A DNA stretch of 64,000 bases from Octopus sinensis (lineage: Eukaryota): assembly GCF_006345805.1 (NCBI RefSeq), contig NC_042998.1, forward strand, positions 18,228,001 to 18,292,000, in the 5' to 3' direction. The position numbers and the translations under genes were made by a program. The notes under the pieces were generated by a model. It was not told the DNA's origin and did no database searches. It saw only the letters and a list, made by a program, of their open reading frames with translations. This document shows positions 25,627 to 39,440 of this stretch, piece by piece; the stretch's first letter is position 1, and every line of letters starts with the position of its first letter.

Positions 25627-26948
25627 AGTATAATATAATATAATATAATATAATACAATATAATATGATATGATATAATATAATATAATGTAATATAATC
25701 TATATAATAAATTATATGATATATAATATAATCTAATAATAATATATAACAATAAAAGCGAAATTCTGTCTGTTCGTCTGGACCTCTCTATCTCAGTCTA
25801 CATTTGTTCTACATAGACACGCTATACATTTTTGGAATCAGGATGATCCTGGGACTGAAAATTTGCACTTCATTTGGTTATTGAAAATCCAGCATTGGGA
25901 TCGGATTTAAAAGCATTTGGGTTGCTTTTTCTATCAGGTAATTGTTGGATGATTTATGCAATCGTGGTTGGTGTTTGTCACGTGACGTCAGATATCAAGG
26001 GGGAGATAAATGACATTCGTTTAATATATTTTTCGTCGAGATAAGAACTTTGGGACGAATTGGGCCAATGGCTGGAATTCAACTGGGAACTGAAACAATG
26101 GAATGATTGCATTACAGAATTAATTCTCATCCGTCCTTAGCCTCAGATGAAACACCACCGGGGCATGTAATCATTATAGATATATAATAGTCATACCATT
26201 TATCTCCAGCCAGCTTGGGGCTGCAGACCTAATTATTCCTCCGCAGGAATCAACGTAAAAGTCTGCACGGAGTTCGGATTTTGATGCTAGTATGATATAC
26301 TATAATATATTTTGTCTCATGAAAGCTTATTCATTTCATTGATCGGATTTACGTTGTACAACATTCTATTGTAGAAAAATAATCTAGAAAAACAATCTAG
26401 AAAACGATTGTTATCCAGGTTTTATTGTTAGAAAGAATTAATAATGCTACACAAAAATTATATCCAAATTGTACTATTACTTAATAAGAGAATAGAATAA
26501 CGAACGGCTGCATTTCTGATTTACGAAAACGTATTAGCCAACTACATATATTTATGAGTATCTGCTTTAATATCTTTGTTTGAATAAACAGTACGTAGTG
26601 TAGCATGAAAAAAAAAATTGTATTTACGCTAGGCGTATGCAGATTGGAAATCAGTGAAGGAAAGTAGGAGAACGCAAGTTAAATCAACAAGGCATTCTAC
26701 GGAATATTCCGATATTGCGAGGTTAAGAACGTTGGCAAAGATCAAAAGGAGGATTATTTCAATGCTCTCCCTCTATTTCTTTTCACAACGAGATTTTAAA
26801 TGCGTAGTAACATAATATGAGAGAAAATAGATTTATTTTTTGTCTTCCTTCTTGTTTTCTTGATATTTTTCAGAAATCTGTATTCTGCTGACATATAGCA
26901 GCATTTTTTTTATTGTATTCCATACGTATACATACAACACTCTCTATA

Positions 26949-27864
26949 CGAGGAGGTACCCAAAAGTAACCGGTAACATCATCTGTGAGACAAGCTCGTT
27001 GTAGTTCAGGTTTCCGCTGCTAGAAGCCACTTGATGCGATCTTCAGCCATCAGTCGGCCGACTGGTGTTGCTCAATCGAGTCATACTACCACCCGGTGCG
27101 TCTTTGTTTTGTAGTGCTTCTCCTGTGTTCGTCGATATTTTCGATGGCTGAAACGAAAGAGCAGCGCGCTTCCGTGAAATTCTCTTTTCTGCGGGGGAAA
27201 ACTGCGGCTGAAATAATTGTCATGCTTCAAACAACTTAAAAGGCCACTGCCATGAGCGAAAGACAAGTTTACGAGTGACTTTCACGTTTTAGAAGTTGTA
27301 ACAAGTCAGTTGAAGACCAACCTCGTTCAAGGCTACCATCGACATCTCAAGCGAGTGAAAACGTCACGGAAATTCACGAACTGATCTTGGAGGACTGTCG
27401 CCGAACGATTGACGAACTTATTGATATGAAAGTGTCTCCTGGAACTCCTGCAGATGAATTTAGAGCGATGAATTGCGAAGGAAAAAGAGTTGCAGGAAAT
27501 TTTGAGATTCGCTTGCTTACGGAAGGTCAAAAGCAGTTACAACATGAATGCATGTCGTGAACTATAACAGCAGTTGAAAGTTGATCCAGACCTTGTTTTT
27601 CGAAGGTCGTCATTGGGGAGGAAATCTGGTTCTACGGTATTTGCAGAAGTGGAAGAGGTAAAAAAAATAATAAAAAGACGGGAACGTCGTTAATAGGCAT
27701 CACTTCACAAGTTACCAGCACTGCTTCCAAAAGTGGAAAACGCTTGTAGACCGATGCATTACTTCAAATGAAGAATACTTTGAGGGCTATTAAAGTGTAA
27801 ATATGTAAAATTTGGTGATTAAAATAATATTGCTAAATTTCGGTTACTTTTGGGGACTCCCTGG
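26949..27864 (+). mobile_element. Internally deleted mariner (916 bp)
   Basis: TIRs CGAGGAGGTACCCAAAAGTAACCG and CGGTTACTTTTGGGGACTCCCTGG, TA on both sides; stop-interrupted MAETKEQRASVKFSFLRGKTAAE...VYE...EDQPRS...RRTIDEL (paired HTH region). Confidence 0.85.
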
Positions 27865-27920
27865 TATATACATAGACACAAGCACGCACACAAATGTATG
27901 TATGTATGGATGTATGTATG

Positions 27921-27951
<31 letters not shown>

Positions 27952-28669
27952 GAATGTATGTATCAATCTATTTATCTATCTATATGAATATGTATGCATG
28001 CATAAAGTAAATACACCCAGGTAAATATAGTAAATAGTTTATGAACATACAAGCATGCGTATACACATACAAAAGTACAGACATTTATAAATATTTCTAT
28101 TCAGTTTTCCGCATGCATAATTTCGATCACAATGCATGAGTTGACCAATGTATATAGGCGATATTATTTATCCAATATTCTATGCGTTTGGATCGATACA
28201 TCTCATGAGTGAATTTCTTAACCAGCCGGCAAATCTGCGCCTGAAGCCAATATATAAAAGTCGAACACACATGCTCCAGGTGTGTGTAGTGTTCGTTTTT
28301 CTGGCGGCTGCATTTTATATGCGTTCCAAACAGAGGGCTCTGCTGTGAGCTGTCTAACTCTCTAACTGGCCTTTTGAATTTTTTCCATGCCATGACATGT
28401 AGGGACATGCCAGCAGATGGTTCTTAAACCATTTTACAATATACTCATAGCCAGTTAGACAGCAAAAGCCTTTGATCGGTTAGAGGCATTGAGAAGTCAC
28501 AACAATGACAAAACATCGATGTCTGTCGCTTCAAAAATAAGGATCTGGTGTGAGTTGTCTCACTTGGCTATGATCTACTTTCGGGTGTATTTTCACCGAA
28601 GGCATTGATTGCACTTTGTCTATATAATTTAAACTGCTTCTAATTCACATTAAAATACATATGTATATG

Positions 28670-28717
<48 letters not shown>

Positions 28718-28720
28718 TGT

Positions 28721-28759
<39 letters not shown>

Positions 28760-28779
28760 TATATTATTTTATTCTTTCT

Positions 28780-29171
28780 ATTTTATTGGTTTCAGTGATT
28801 TAACTGTGGTCATGGTGACCAACAGGTTTAGTCGAACGTATCGACCCCAAGACGTATTCTTTGTAACCCTAGTATTTATTCCATTGATCACTTTTGCCGA
28901 ACTGTTAGATTAGCGGAGCGTAAACACACTACCATCGGTTGTTAATCGATGGTAGGGGACAAGCACACACACACGATATATATGTATGTATGTATATATA
29001 TGCTCGAACAACGGGCGTCTTTCAGTTTTTGTCTACCAAATCTAGTCACAAGGCTTTGGTCGGCGTGAGGCTGTATTAGAAGACACTAGCCCAAGTTGCC
29101 ATGCAGTGGGACTGAACCCTGAACCATGTGGATGGGAAAGAAGCTTCTTATCACACAGCCACGCCTGTGCC
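28780..29171 (-). mobile_element. Family A SINE (diverged)
   Basis: Reverse complement of head (CACACAGCCACGCCTGTGCC) and tail (TTTCAGTGATTTAACTGTGG). Confidence 0.8.
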
Positions 29172-29189
29172 TGCCTCACACAGCGACGC

Positions 29190-29447
29190 CTGTATATTGG
29201 GCGAAACGGGGCACCGCTTAGTCGACCGGTTCACTGAATAACTCCAAGACATCAAACTCGGAAACGACACTCCAGTCTCTCACTACTTCCTTTCAACCAA
29301 TCATTAAACTACAATATATGTCTATGTTCGGACTGTTTTTACACGGAGGCCACCCGGATTCCCGCCTCCACCGTGAACAAGAATTGATTTTCTCTCCTCA
29401 TTCTTTTGCTCCTTTTCGTCTTGATGCATCACCTCTCTTCATCTAAA
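29190..29447 (+). pseudogene. Penelope-like element GIY-YIG endonuclease C-terminal fragment
   Basis: LYIG/ETGHRLVDRFTE*LQDIKLGNDTPVSHYF...FGLFLHGGHPDSRLHREQELIF...SPLFI*, matching the YxGET-R-EH pattern of GIY-YIG; frameshifted. Confidence 0.75.
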
Positions 29448-30428
29448 ACCAGCCCTACATACATTCGCACACACCTCCCACCTTTAACTGATCTTCCCCC
29501 TCTACCTCCAAACCTACAGACTGCAAACTCTCTACCCTTACCCCACACAAGATTATACAAAACGCCCATGAACACTTTTCGACGCAGTACTTAAACCGCA
29601 CATTACTATTCATGTATGCACATATATTCACATACACATGCCCTGTCACAAACCTTCCCACTTCCCCTAACCTTTGTCATACCTATCTCTCTATGCACCT
29701 CCATGCGTTCCTCCACAACACATAATATTCGCCCTTAAAAACACTGGCAATACTCATGGGTCCAATACGAAGAATACTGACAATATACGCACGCACACAA
29801 CATACATGAACACAGACAACTTTAGCACATAAACATTCTCGATACACGGACACACCATAGGACCACATATACACGTTGTGCACTTGCACACTCACACATA
29901 CAGGTGCATACACTACTCGAACAACTACACGTTAGCTGCAACACACGTGCACACACAAATAAACACCCATACACCTGATAGCCTCACGCACCATACGCAG
30001 TCTCACATATATACACATGCATAAACTCGGTCCCATACGCACACACGAGCTCACCTGCTTTACGCGCTCATTCGTACATAAACATATGCGCTTGTGCATG
30101 TCAGTTCAACCGTGTCACAATTATTATCTCCCTTTCATTCTGACTCTTGCTCCCCGATCACTTTCTAATGTTAAACCATACACCCTAAACATTTTTCTCT
30201 CCCCATTTCCCCCTCTCATCCCATCGAAGAGTGTAGACATTTCCCTTCTTCCTGGGCGTCAAACTAATACAACTGATTGTTGTTCCCTCACCTCTCTTGG
30301 TCTTTGTTTTCTGTAAATTCTGACTTTATTTATATATGTGTGTGTGTGATGTATGTGTGTATGTGTATGCATAGACATATATGCATATTTCCATACAGAG
30401 AGACAGAGAGACGGGGAGACAGACAAAC

Positions 30429-30491
<63 letters not shown>

Positions 30492-32805
30492 CAGACATAC
30501 ATACATGCATTGTAAATGTTTTGCAATGTTAGAGCCATAAAATTGTGTAAAGAAAGATGTGCGATGAATAAGGTGTTAATTTAATACATAAATGAAAAGC
30601 AATAGATTTTGACGCTTCGGATGTTAGACTTTTCTCTACAATGAAGATATTAACTGGAGACATTAGAAATTCGTGACACAGTAGAACGGTTAGAAAAGGG
30701 TATTTAAAGTTTTTCAGCTTCATGTGGATTGTTGCCCTTTGTCAGAAATGGCGGTGTTGATATTTAATAAATGTTTGCATCAGAAATTTTGTGTGCTGGG
30801 TAGAAAAAATGTTCAAGTGTGTGTTTTTGCATACGTGTCTACTTGTGGTTAGTTTATGTCTGTATCGTACAGGAAATTTGCTTTGTGGATGCGTGTTCAT
30901 GAAAAACTAAATTGTTCTTGATAGAGATTGAGGATTGATTTCCGTTTGTGCATTGATGCCTGTGTGTGAGGCTCTGAAGAGTTTGTGAGTGCATACATAT
31001 ATATCTGAAAGCGGTATCGTATAATGGAGTCGTTAATATGCTTGCGTGTTAAATGCAAATTGCGCTTTGTATGTATAAGCTTGTGTAATTCAAATATATT
31101 TGTTAGTTCAGGAATAAAAAAAACTGTAAATATTGTGTCTGCTAGTTCAATAAATGCATGAGTAAAGTAAATAGCTTGTTAAATGGGTGTGTGTTGTTGA
31201 AAATACATTTTGTGTACATGTAAAAATGTACATCGCATGTAAGAATACGGACATTAATTCGAATAGAATAATTTCCAAGCAGGTGTTTTATCTGAACATC
31301 CGGAATTAAAAGAGGAAATAAATATTAACATAAAATATTAATAGATACATCTGTATATAGAATCATACAAACCTATACACACACGCACATACGCAAACAG
31401 AGACAAACACATATACACACGCATACATACATATATGTATTTATATAGTTTATGGTTCCGTTAAAGTGAAATCAACAAAAAATGCACGCCATCCATTGAG
31501 GTAAATATCATTTAATGTACACAGTATAAAGATAAGCGCTACTAATAATTTCTTGCTTTGAAGACACATGTCTAGGCAGGATTTTATAATGTACCTTGTG
31601 GCTTCAATCAAACCTCAGGCTCTGAGCAAATGATCTCTTCTATTTGATAGTCACTGCGCTGGTACATGTGAAATCACGAGAGGGAAACGAGAAGGTTGAT
31701 GCAAGAATTTGAAGGGACAATGTAAACGAAAAGTAATAGAAAACCTAGAGTTACGCCCAGTTTCACTGAAGAAGGTATTTTAAAGTAGTTTTAGAAAAAA
31801 TCAGTGGAGTTTTACCTGAAGTCTGCGAGAATGCTGCTCAGTCCAGAGAAGGTGTTCGTTCTCCAGTTCACCAAAGAAAGTTATCCACATGTTTGTATTT
31901 GCTGAAAATTTCAGATCTGGAATTAAATAGTACGGGAAAACATATATAAAGGGAATGAGACTTCTTTCACTTATGCATAATTTGCACATACATACAAAGT
32001 AAAAGTATGGATCGTAAGAAGGAACATAAAAATAGACTTAAGGAAGTAATATGATTCGCCACCTTTCTCCCCATGTATTGAAGTCAATGTAGGCAAGAAA
32101 TTCATGTCTTTTTTAGATAAACATTTCCTAGCAAACCATAAATATAGGCTGATGTATTTAATAGCGTATATATATTGCATTACGTAATACAGGCAGAAAT
32201 TGTCGGATATGTGCAGATAATTCGGTACTTGCATGATTGTGGTAGACGATCACAAGGCAAAAGGTTGCGTGTAGATTTTTGAAACATCACTCCTTTTCGA
32301 TTCACTGAAGCGGTTTTTTTTTTCTTCAAAGCTTGGTTCAAACAATCTAATTGCTAACAGTATACTTGAACATTGATTGTTGCATTAGGTGGTAACAATT
32401 CAAAGCGAATTACTTCTTTGCAATCCCACCATATAGAGAGAAGAATTTTTTTCCTATGAAGTTCCTTTCTCGGAACTTCGCCCAGCTCGCTAACTATGCT
32501 GCCAGCTCTCCGCCTTCTTATAACGTAACGTATCGGTGTTTATATTTTCAATTTGTTAATCTGCCATTTTGAATTTTATATATATTAATAGAATTTACGT
32601 ATATATTTATTCCTCGTATATTTCAACGGTATTCTTGTCTATTCTTGTCTATTCTATTCGTTTCTTTCTAACTATGTAATAAAAACGTTTGTAGGATTTA
32701 CGACACTAAACTTTCGTTGCAACTGCAATGCGAAACCTGAACCTTGCAGCGCCCCTCCAACACATGCATACATTAGCACACACACGCATACATAATATAT
32801 ATATC

Positions 32806-32863
<58 letters not shown>

Positions 32864-32868
<5 letters not shown>

Positions 32869-33257
32869 CTATATTGTATACAGGGCATTATTACACATAA
32901 ATGCCTCACACTAGGAGGGACAAGTCATTACTACCAAAATTATACTAATCATACCCAAATGCAGTTTTTCAAAGCAAGACATTTAAAAAATGGCCGGAGT
33001 GAGCAGTTGTCTGTTCGTCTTCGCTACGTAAGGTTGGTAGTTTATTTATGATGTGTTCAGAATCAGTTCTGCTGACGATCATTAGACGTAAGTTGAATGT
33101 GAAATCACGGTGATACAGAACTAAATTCATTTTTTAAATGTCTTGCTTTGAAAAACTGCATTTGGGTATGATTAGTATAATTTTGGTAGTAATGACTTTG
33201 TCCCTCCTAGTGTGAGGCATTTATGTGTAATAATGCCCTCTATACAATATAGATATA
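32864..33257. mobile_element. Long-TIR MITE (394 bp; about 129-bp arms, 135-bp spacer)
   Basis: 32864-32992 versus 33128-33257 differ at only about two positions; core TA-CAGGGCATT...AATGCCCTC-TA resembles Tc1/mariner ends. Confidence 0.85.
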
Positions 33258-33378
33258 ATTAATTTGTTCAAAAGAAAAAATTATTTTCGAATTCTTTTCT
33301 TTTATGAGGTTTTCACGCTAGCTACCCGATAATTTCTTGTTAAGATCCTTTATTAAGAGATTATCCTTAATTGTTAAA

Positions 33379-33492
<114 letters not shown>

Positions 33493-34070
33493 TAACACAC
33501 TTTGGTTTTATATCTAGTTTGCAAGATTCTTTATGCGAATACATGTTAGATATTATGGCATCATGACTCTCCAGACGCAATGATATATATATATATATAT
33601 ATATATGCAAATTGTATAAAGGATTGTGGGTAAGGCCAAAAACAATGCGAAGTAAATGCAAGGTAAATTACAAGAGAACGAATAAGTGAATTCATGTAGA
33701 CTTACCTAGTATTCAACATTTCGGGGTTGTGACCCCATTTTCAAGAAATTGACGATTGTTGCCGACGTGCGTGTGTGAGCGTGTGTTGAGTAGACATGCA
33801 CGGAATTGTGTTGCTATAGCAACGATTTAGCTTCCTGTAATTCATTTCTATTTTGATCTTAGGTTTCTTTTGGTGTATGATGATGGCCTCAGAGATTCTA
33901 AGGTTGCCGCTGTTCTGCTGTGTTGCCTTGATGTGCACTGTGCACTGTGCACTTGAAGGCAACACATGTAAGTATATTATGTTATATGCATGCATTCAAA
34001 TATATTATATATATATATATAATATATATATATATATTATATATATATATATATATATATGCATATATAT

Positions 34071-34190
34071 TGGCCTGCTCGCTTAGCCAGCAGGGTGGCG
34101 TCATTTGAAGGCTAAAGCAATGCGAAGTGCATTGTGACCAGCGATGTATAGCAACATCTGATAGCCTGGTCGGTCACGTGATCACGTGAT
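34071..34190 (+). mobile_element. Family C SINE, 3' fragment
   Basis: Homologous to about 2393-2510. Confidence 0.8.
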
Positions 34191-34301
34191 ATATATACAT
34201 ATATATATACATAGAGAGAGAAAGAGAGAGAGAGTGAGAATGAGAGAAATGCACAAATCAATATCAACACACACATGATATATACATACATGCTTACATA
34301 T

Positions 34302-35413
34302 CTCTTCTCCCCGTCTGTCTTGATAGACAATGGGTCGCGCCAAGGGTGGGGCCCCTTTGATGATGAGCAGCGTCTGCTGTGACTGAACAGTCCAATTCTA
34401 GAGTGGCAGTCCTTGGTACAGTTGCTGCACACGAACATCGATGGGTACGTGTGGGGTGTTGCTGCAGTTGTCCTCCTCCTGTCTCGCCTGTCCAACCACA
34501 GCTGTGCTCTCCTTTCCTCAGCCATGGAAACGCCTTTCCTCACCGTCCGACGCCAGGCAGAGCGGTCAGCAGCTGTTTCCTCCCACGTGTCCACACAGAT
34601 GTTGGCAGTCCTCAGGTCGCGCTTGCACACATCCCTGTATCGTAGCTGTGGACGTCCCTTGGGTCGGGATCCCGTGGTGAGTTCGCTGTACAGGATGTCT
34701 TTAGGCATGCGACCGCCCTGCATGCGGCAGACGTGTCCGAGCCAGCGCAGTCGTCTCCGCACGAGGAGGGCATGCATGCTTGGCATATTAGTCTGTTCTA
34801 GGATGACTCCGTTTGGTACTCGGTCCTTCCAGGAGATGCCAAGGATCCGTCGAAGACACCGCATGTGGAAGCCGCTGAGGCGGCATTTCTGCCAGGTGTA
34901 TGTTGTCCAGCTCTCGCTGCCGTAGAGTAGGGTGCTCAGCACGCAGGCTCGGTACACTGCGATCTTGGTGGTTATTGTGAGCATGTTGTTTTCTCACACT
35001 CTCCTGGAGAGCTTAGCCATGGCAGCAGCAGCCTTCCCAATCCGTCTGTTCAGCTCCAGCTCGAGGGACAGGCTGCTGGAGACCGTCGATCCCAGGTAAG
35101 TGAACTCGTTCACTACCTGCAAGCTGTGGTCGCCGACACTGATGCTGGGGACCCCTCTGACGTCCTGGCCCATGATCTCTGTCTTTTTCAGGCTGATGGT
35201 AAGGCCGAACTCTTGGCAGGCATCCGCCAGGGAGCTGACCAGCCTCTGGAGACCCGGTTGGTTGTGTGATGTTAGGGCGGCATCGTCAGCAAAGAGGATC
35301 TCTCTGATCAGCACCTGGCGGACTTTGGTCTTAGCTCTGAGGCGCGCAAGGTTGAACAATCCACCATCAGCCCTGGTGTGGAGGAACACTCCGTCGTCGG
35401 ACGTTCTGAAGGC
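34302..35413 (-). mobile_element. 5'-truncated RTE (BovB-like) LINE, RT C-terminal half
   Basis: ORFs 34994-35455 and 34112-34984 are in the same frame, separated by one TGA (expected Trp): ILFADDAAL, FTYLGS, LLYGSESW, RLRWLGHV, GRPQLRYRDVCKRDL, and a terminal CxxC..HxxxC zinc motif (FVCSNCTKDCHSRIGLFSHSRRC); RTE-type 3' end CCATTGTCTATCAAGACAGACGG. Confidence 0.93.
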
Positions 35414-35526
35414 ATATATGCATACATAAATACATATATGCATACATAAATACATTCAGGTATATGTGCATACATACATACACACATATATACATACATT
35501 CACACATACATGCATACATACATACA

Positions 35527-36345
35527 AGCAGAAGTGAGACCAACATCTTCAGAGTTGTAGAAGAGCTACTCTGCATGTTCTCTGGGGCTACAGCTCTCTC
35601 GTGCGACCCAATGGAGGCTGAACTGGTCTACCGAATCAGAAGCCTGGAGGAGAAGCGGGCACCTTACCAACAAAAGCAATATATGGGTACATAACCCCTA
35701 AGCTAGATGACAGCAACAGCATTGACAAGAAGAGTAGGCTTTTCTGGACCTGCGATAGATACATTACAACCCACTTAGCAAGATATGCCTACACTATCTC
35801 GGAACAGAAGAAAGCTACCGAATATCTGATAAAGAGAAGAGACAAAGATACAGTCAAGTATCCACGTTGTTCATAACAAAAGTCGGATTTGCTGAATCAG
35901 GGTGGAAGTTATCGCCTACTTCATCATCAGTTACTCCAAAATGTCTACGAGATACTACCCATCCCAGAGGCATCATATAATTCCAAAGACTATTTACAAT
36001 GCTATCCGCAGGAATGACTTTCTGACGCATACATGAAAGGCATGTCAGAACAAGCAGGTAATGACAACTTTAAAAACAAGAAAAACTGGTTGAACACTAA
36101 TAAAAACATTTATTCAGTGCAAATATAATAGACTTAATATATTGATCTGTGTGACAGAGAACAATATTCATGCACCGGTGTATAGATCAGCTGCGCAGCT
36201 GATCTGATAGCACAGTCAAATGTCCAGGAAAACAGAATATTTATGACGATTTACTGCGTAATCTACATCACTTGTGCAATGACTATGGATTCTCATCTGT
36301 ACCTATCATGATAGGTGCATTAGGTTATGTAGCAACAAATTTGTA
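35527..36345 (+). mobile_element. Decayed R4/Dong-like (RLE-type) LINE, 3' fragment
   Basis: Frameshifted zinc-knuckle region NK(S)RIC*IRVEV..FIISYSKMSTRYY..RHHIIPKTIYNAIRRND and nuclease tail YDDLLRNLHHLCNDYGFSSVPIMIGALGYV. Confidence 0.7.
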
Positions 36346-36355
36346 ATAAATAAAT

Positions 36356-36527
36356 AAGCGTAGGAGTGGCTGTGTGGTAAGTAGCTTGCTTACTAGCCAC
36401 ATGATTCCAGGTTTAGTCCCACTGCGTGGCGCCTTGAGCAACTGTCTTCTACTATGGCCTCGGGCCGACCGAATTCTTGTGAGTGGATTTGATAGATGGA
36501 TACTGAAAAATGCCCGTCGTATATATG

Positions 36528-36576
<49 letters not shown>

Positions 36577-36795
36577 TTCTGTGTTTGTCCATCTAACATC
36601 GCTTGAGAACAGATGCTGGTGTGTTTACGTCCCCGTAACTTAGCGGTTCGGCAAAATAGACCGATAGAATAAGTAATAGGCTTACAAAGAATTAAGTCCT
36701 GGCGTCGATTTGCTTGATCGACGAAGGGGGTGCTCCAGCATGGCCGGAGTCAAATGACTAAAACAAGTAAAAGAGTAAGAATAAAGAGTAAATAA
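36356..36795 (+). mobile_element. Family A SINE
   Basis: Head-to-tail homology; internal (TA)/(TG)n. Confidence 0.85.
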
Positions 36796-37081
36796 AAATA
36801 AAACTAGAAATACTAAGATTAAAAGTGATTGATGAGTATTCTCAGAATCCAGTATATTAAGGGCACAGCGAAAATTTGTAAGATGTTCCAAACCCTTTCT
36901 ATGTGAGATTCTCATGTGAATAAATGCACACTGTTGGGTGTACGCATTAACAGTTCAGAAAACACCAATTCAACCATATATTTGCAAACACCGGGAATTT
37001 TCTCAACTCAAAAAGCCATTTTGATCTGTTCGCAACCAGCTTGAACTTTCTCAAGAATTTAAATTAAACTCAATGAAAAAT

Positions 37082-37164
37082 CATACATACATACATACAT
37101 ACATACATACATACATACATACATACATACATACATACATACATACATACATACATACATACAT
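37082..37164. repeat. (ACAT)n microsatellite
   Basis: Directly visible perfect tract. Confidence 0.95.
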
Positions 37165-39000
37165 AGGTATGGTAGATGAGTTCAGTAAAAAATTTAGATT
37201 CAGATGAATTTGGTACCTAAGTTGAGGGACCAGAATTTAGTATGGTATTATCCATACAATTTTAAATAAGGTGATTAAAGGCTGAAAATTGCTCTACATT
37301 TTAAATTAATGTAATGATTGCATTATTCAATTAAATGAAGTCGCATGAAACGATCGTACTGCATTACTTCTGGATATCCTTGTTGCTTATTTTGATTTAT
37401 ATACATACATAGAAACAGAATCGCTTGAGACATAATTATTGCTATTTGGCTATTTCCATTCTGAATAATACATGATATTGAATTCAATCTGCACACATTG
37501 CATAAGTCACAATATTCACACTCCCACCAGCAAGATTCTGCTGCGTAGTACCTCTGGCAAACGAGAAAACATTTTCAGACGGCATGAAATGATTGCAGTT
37601 ATCTTTACTGAAGAAGATACAAATATCTAGATAAAGTCTGACAATATAGTAATAGCTTTCACCTGAAGGATCTGAAATAATGTCAGAATCTCAAAAGTCT
37701 GTAGGAAGAGAAATTATCTATAATTGTTAGATATTTGTTTAATAATACGGAAACACGTTATATTTAATTTCAATGCAGTTTGTGTGGAAAGATAATAAAT
37801 GTAAACTGGATATGGATATGCCGGTTGTATGTATAATACAATGGCAAAAGTAATTCAGTTCATGCTGAGTTATTGATAAAAGTTTGGATTTGAAAATATT
37901 TAAACTTTTTGTTTCTCTTTGTAGAATTGAAAAGACGAAATATGTTCGATTCCAAGGTTTGTGGCAAAGTGATTGAGCGGTATTAATGCTTCCGTTATAT
38001 TTGTTACGATAATTTATTATATGATTTCACGATAGTTAATGATATTATTCCATTTAGAGCATCGCTCTCTGCTACCTGGGCAGTTTCGTGCTCTGTATAT
38101 GTGGTAGAAATTTGTTTGACGTAATACACATGTAATCAATAAAATGTCTTGCCACTGAAACATGCGTAACATGGATTGAACTGCTTCACAACATTCTTTT
38201 ATATACAGTGTATACACACGCATTTAGAGGCGACACACACATGCACAAAGAACGCTCACATGCTTACATACAGACAGACACCAACTAACAAGAAACCCAG
38301 CTACAGCACACGCACACGCATATACGCCCACACATGTACTGTAACTCACACACGTAAGCTTTCATCCATACGTACGTATACATGTACAGGACTGACTCAG
38401 TTACTCCAACACGGATGCCAGACCGCCCACTAACACTCGCACAAGCACTCACACATACACAGGCATAAGGATTTTCACCCATAAATCCGTACGGGTCGAC
38501 AAGCAAATCCTGCAGATATGACGCCGAGCTTTAAGCAAAGGGCCGAATCATGAAAGAGGTTATGGATGTCCAGTGCTCACAAACTCGCAGATATACATAC
38601 CAATAGACACGCAAACCCTACGCTCATGCTCACACGCACACGTACAAGCAGACATGCTTCTTTTACACTCATCCATTCCTTCCCTTACATGCAGCCACAT
38701 ATCTACATACAGACATACATGCTTATATATGCATAAGCATAAGCGTAATTCTCAGAGAGACGCAAAGGAGACCTTGAAGAGAGAGGGAAAGTTAATGATG
38801 AAGACACGTGTAGCTATGAAATGGCTTCCACAATCAACGTTTGATTGTCTAACCAACACATTAAACAAATGATCGACAAGTTAGTTGGTTAGATCAATAA
38901 CCGAGAGTGAATATCAATAAAGAAGAGATGTTGAACCAGAGCGTGTATTTATTATTGTCAGTCCTCCCAAGAAAGACATCTATCTATCTATCTATCTATT

Positions 39001-39055
<55 letters not shown>

Positions 39056-39077
39056 GTCTATCTGTCTCTCTATCTGT

Positions 39078-39113
<36 letters not shown>

Positions 39114-39170
39114 ATATATATATATATATATATATATCTACCTCTCTCTCTCTCTCTCTCTGTATGTATA

Positions 39171-39207
<37 letters not shown>

Positions 39208-39211
<4 letters not shown>

Positions 39212-39403
39212 TAATCCAAACGGGAAAACAGAAAAAACAACAACACGTGGAAAATTACAGTATTATTATTATTAGGCGCTCAGGAAAATGGAAGAATGAG
39301 GGTATGACGTTTCGAGCGGAGCTCTTCGTCGGAAACATAGGAGAAAGAAAGATCCCGAGACGGGAGGACAGAGGGAAAAAATTGCAGGTAGTCTTCACGA
39401 GGT

Positions 39404-39410
<7 letters not shown>
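39208..39410 (-). mobile_element. Penelope-related short repeat with hammerhead-like motif at 39302-39336
   Basis: Minus strand: GTTT-CCGACGA-A-GAGC tcc GCTC-GAAA-CGTC-ATAC followed by TTCCTGAGCG, as in the 8.3-kb and 23.6-kb repeats; helix I imperfect. Confidence 0.55.

Positions 39411-39440
<30 letters not shown>

Noticed and set aside
25750-26180. Possible further Helitron
   Set aside because: Helitron-like 5' wording but no convincing 3' hairpin or CTRR end.
34379-34925. Plus-strand ORFs of 79-170 aa
   Set aside because: Antisense shadows of the GC-rich RTE reading frame.
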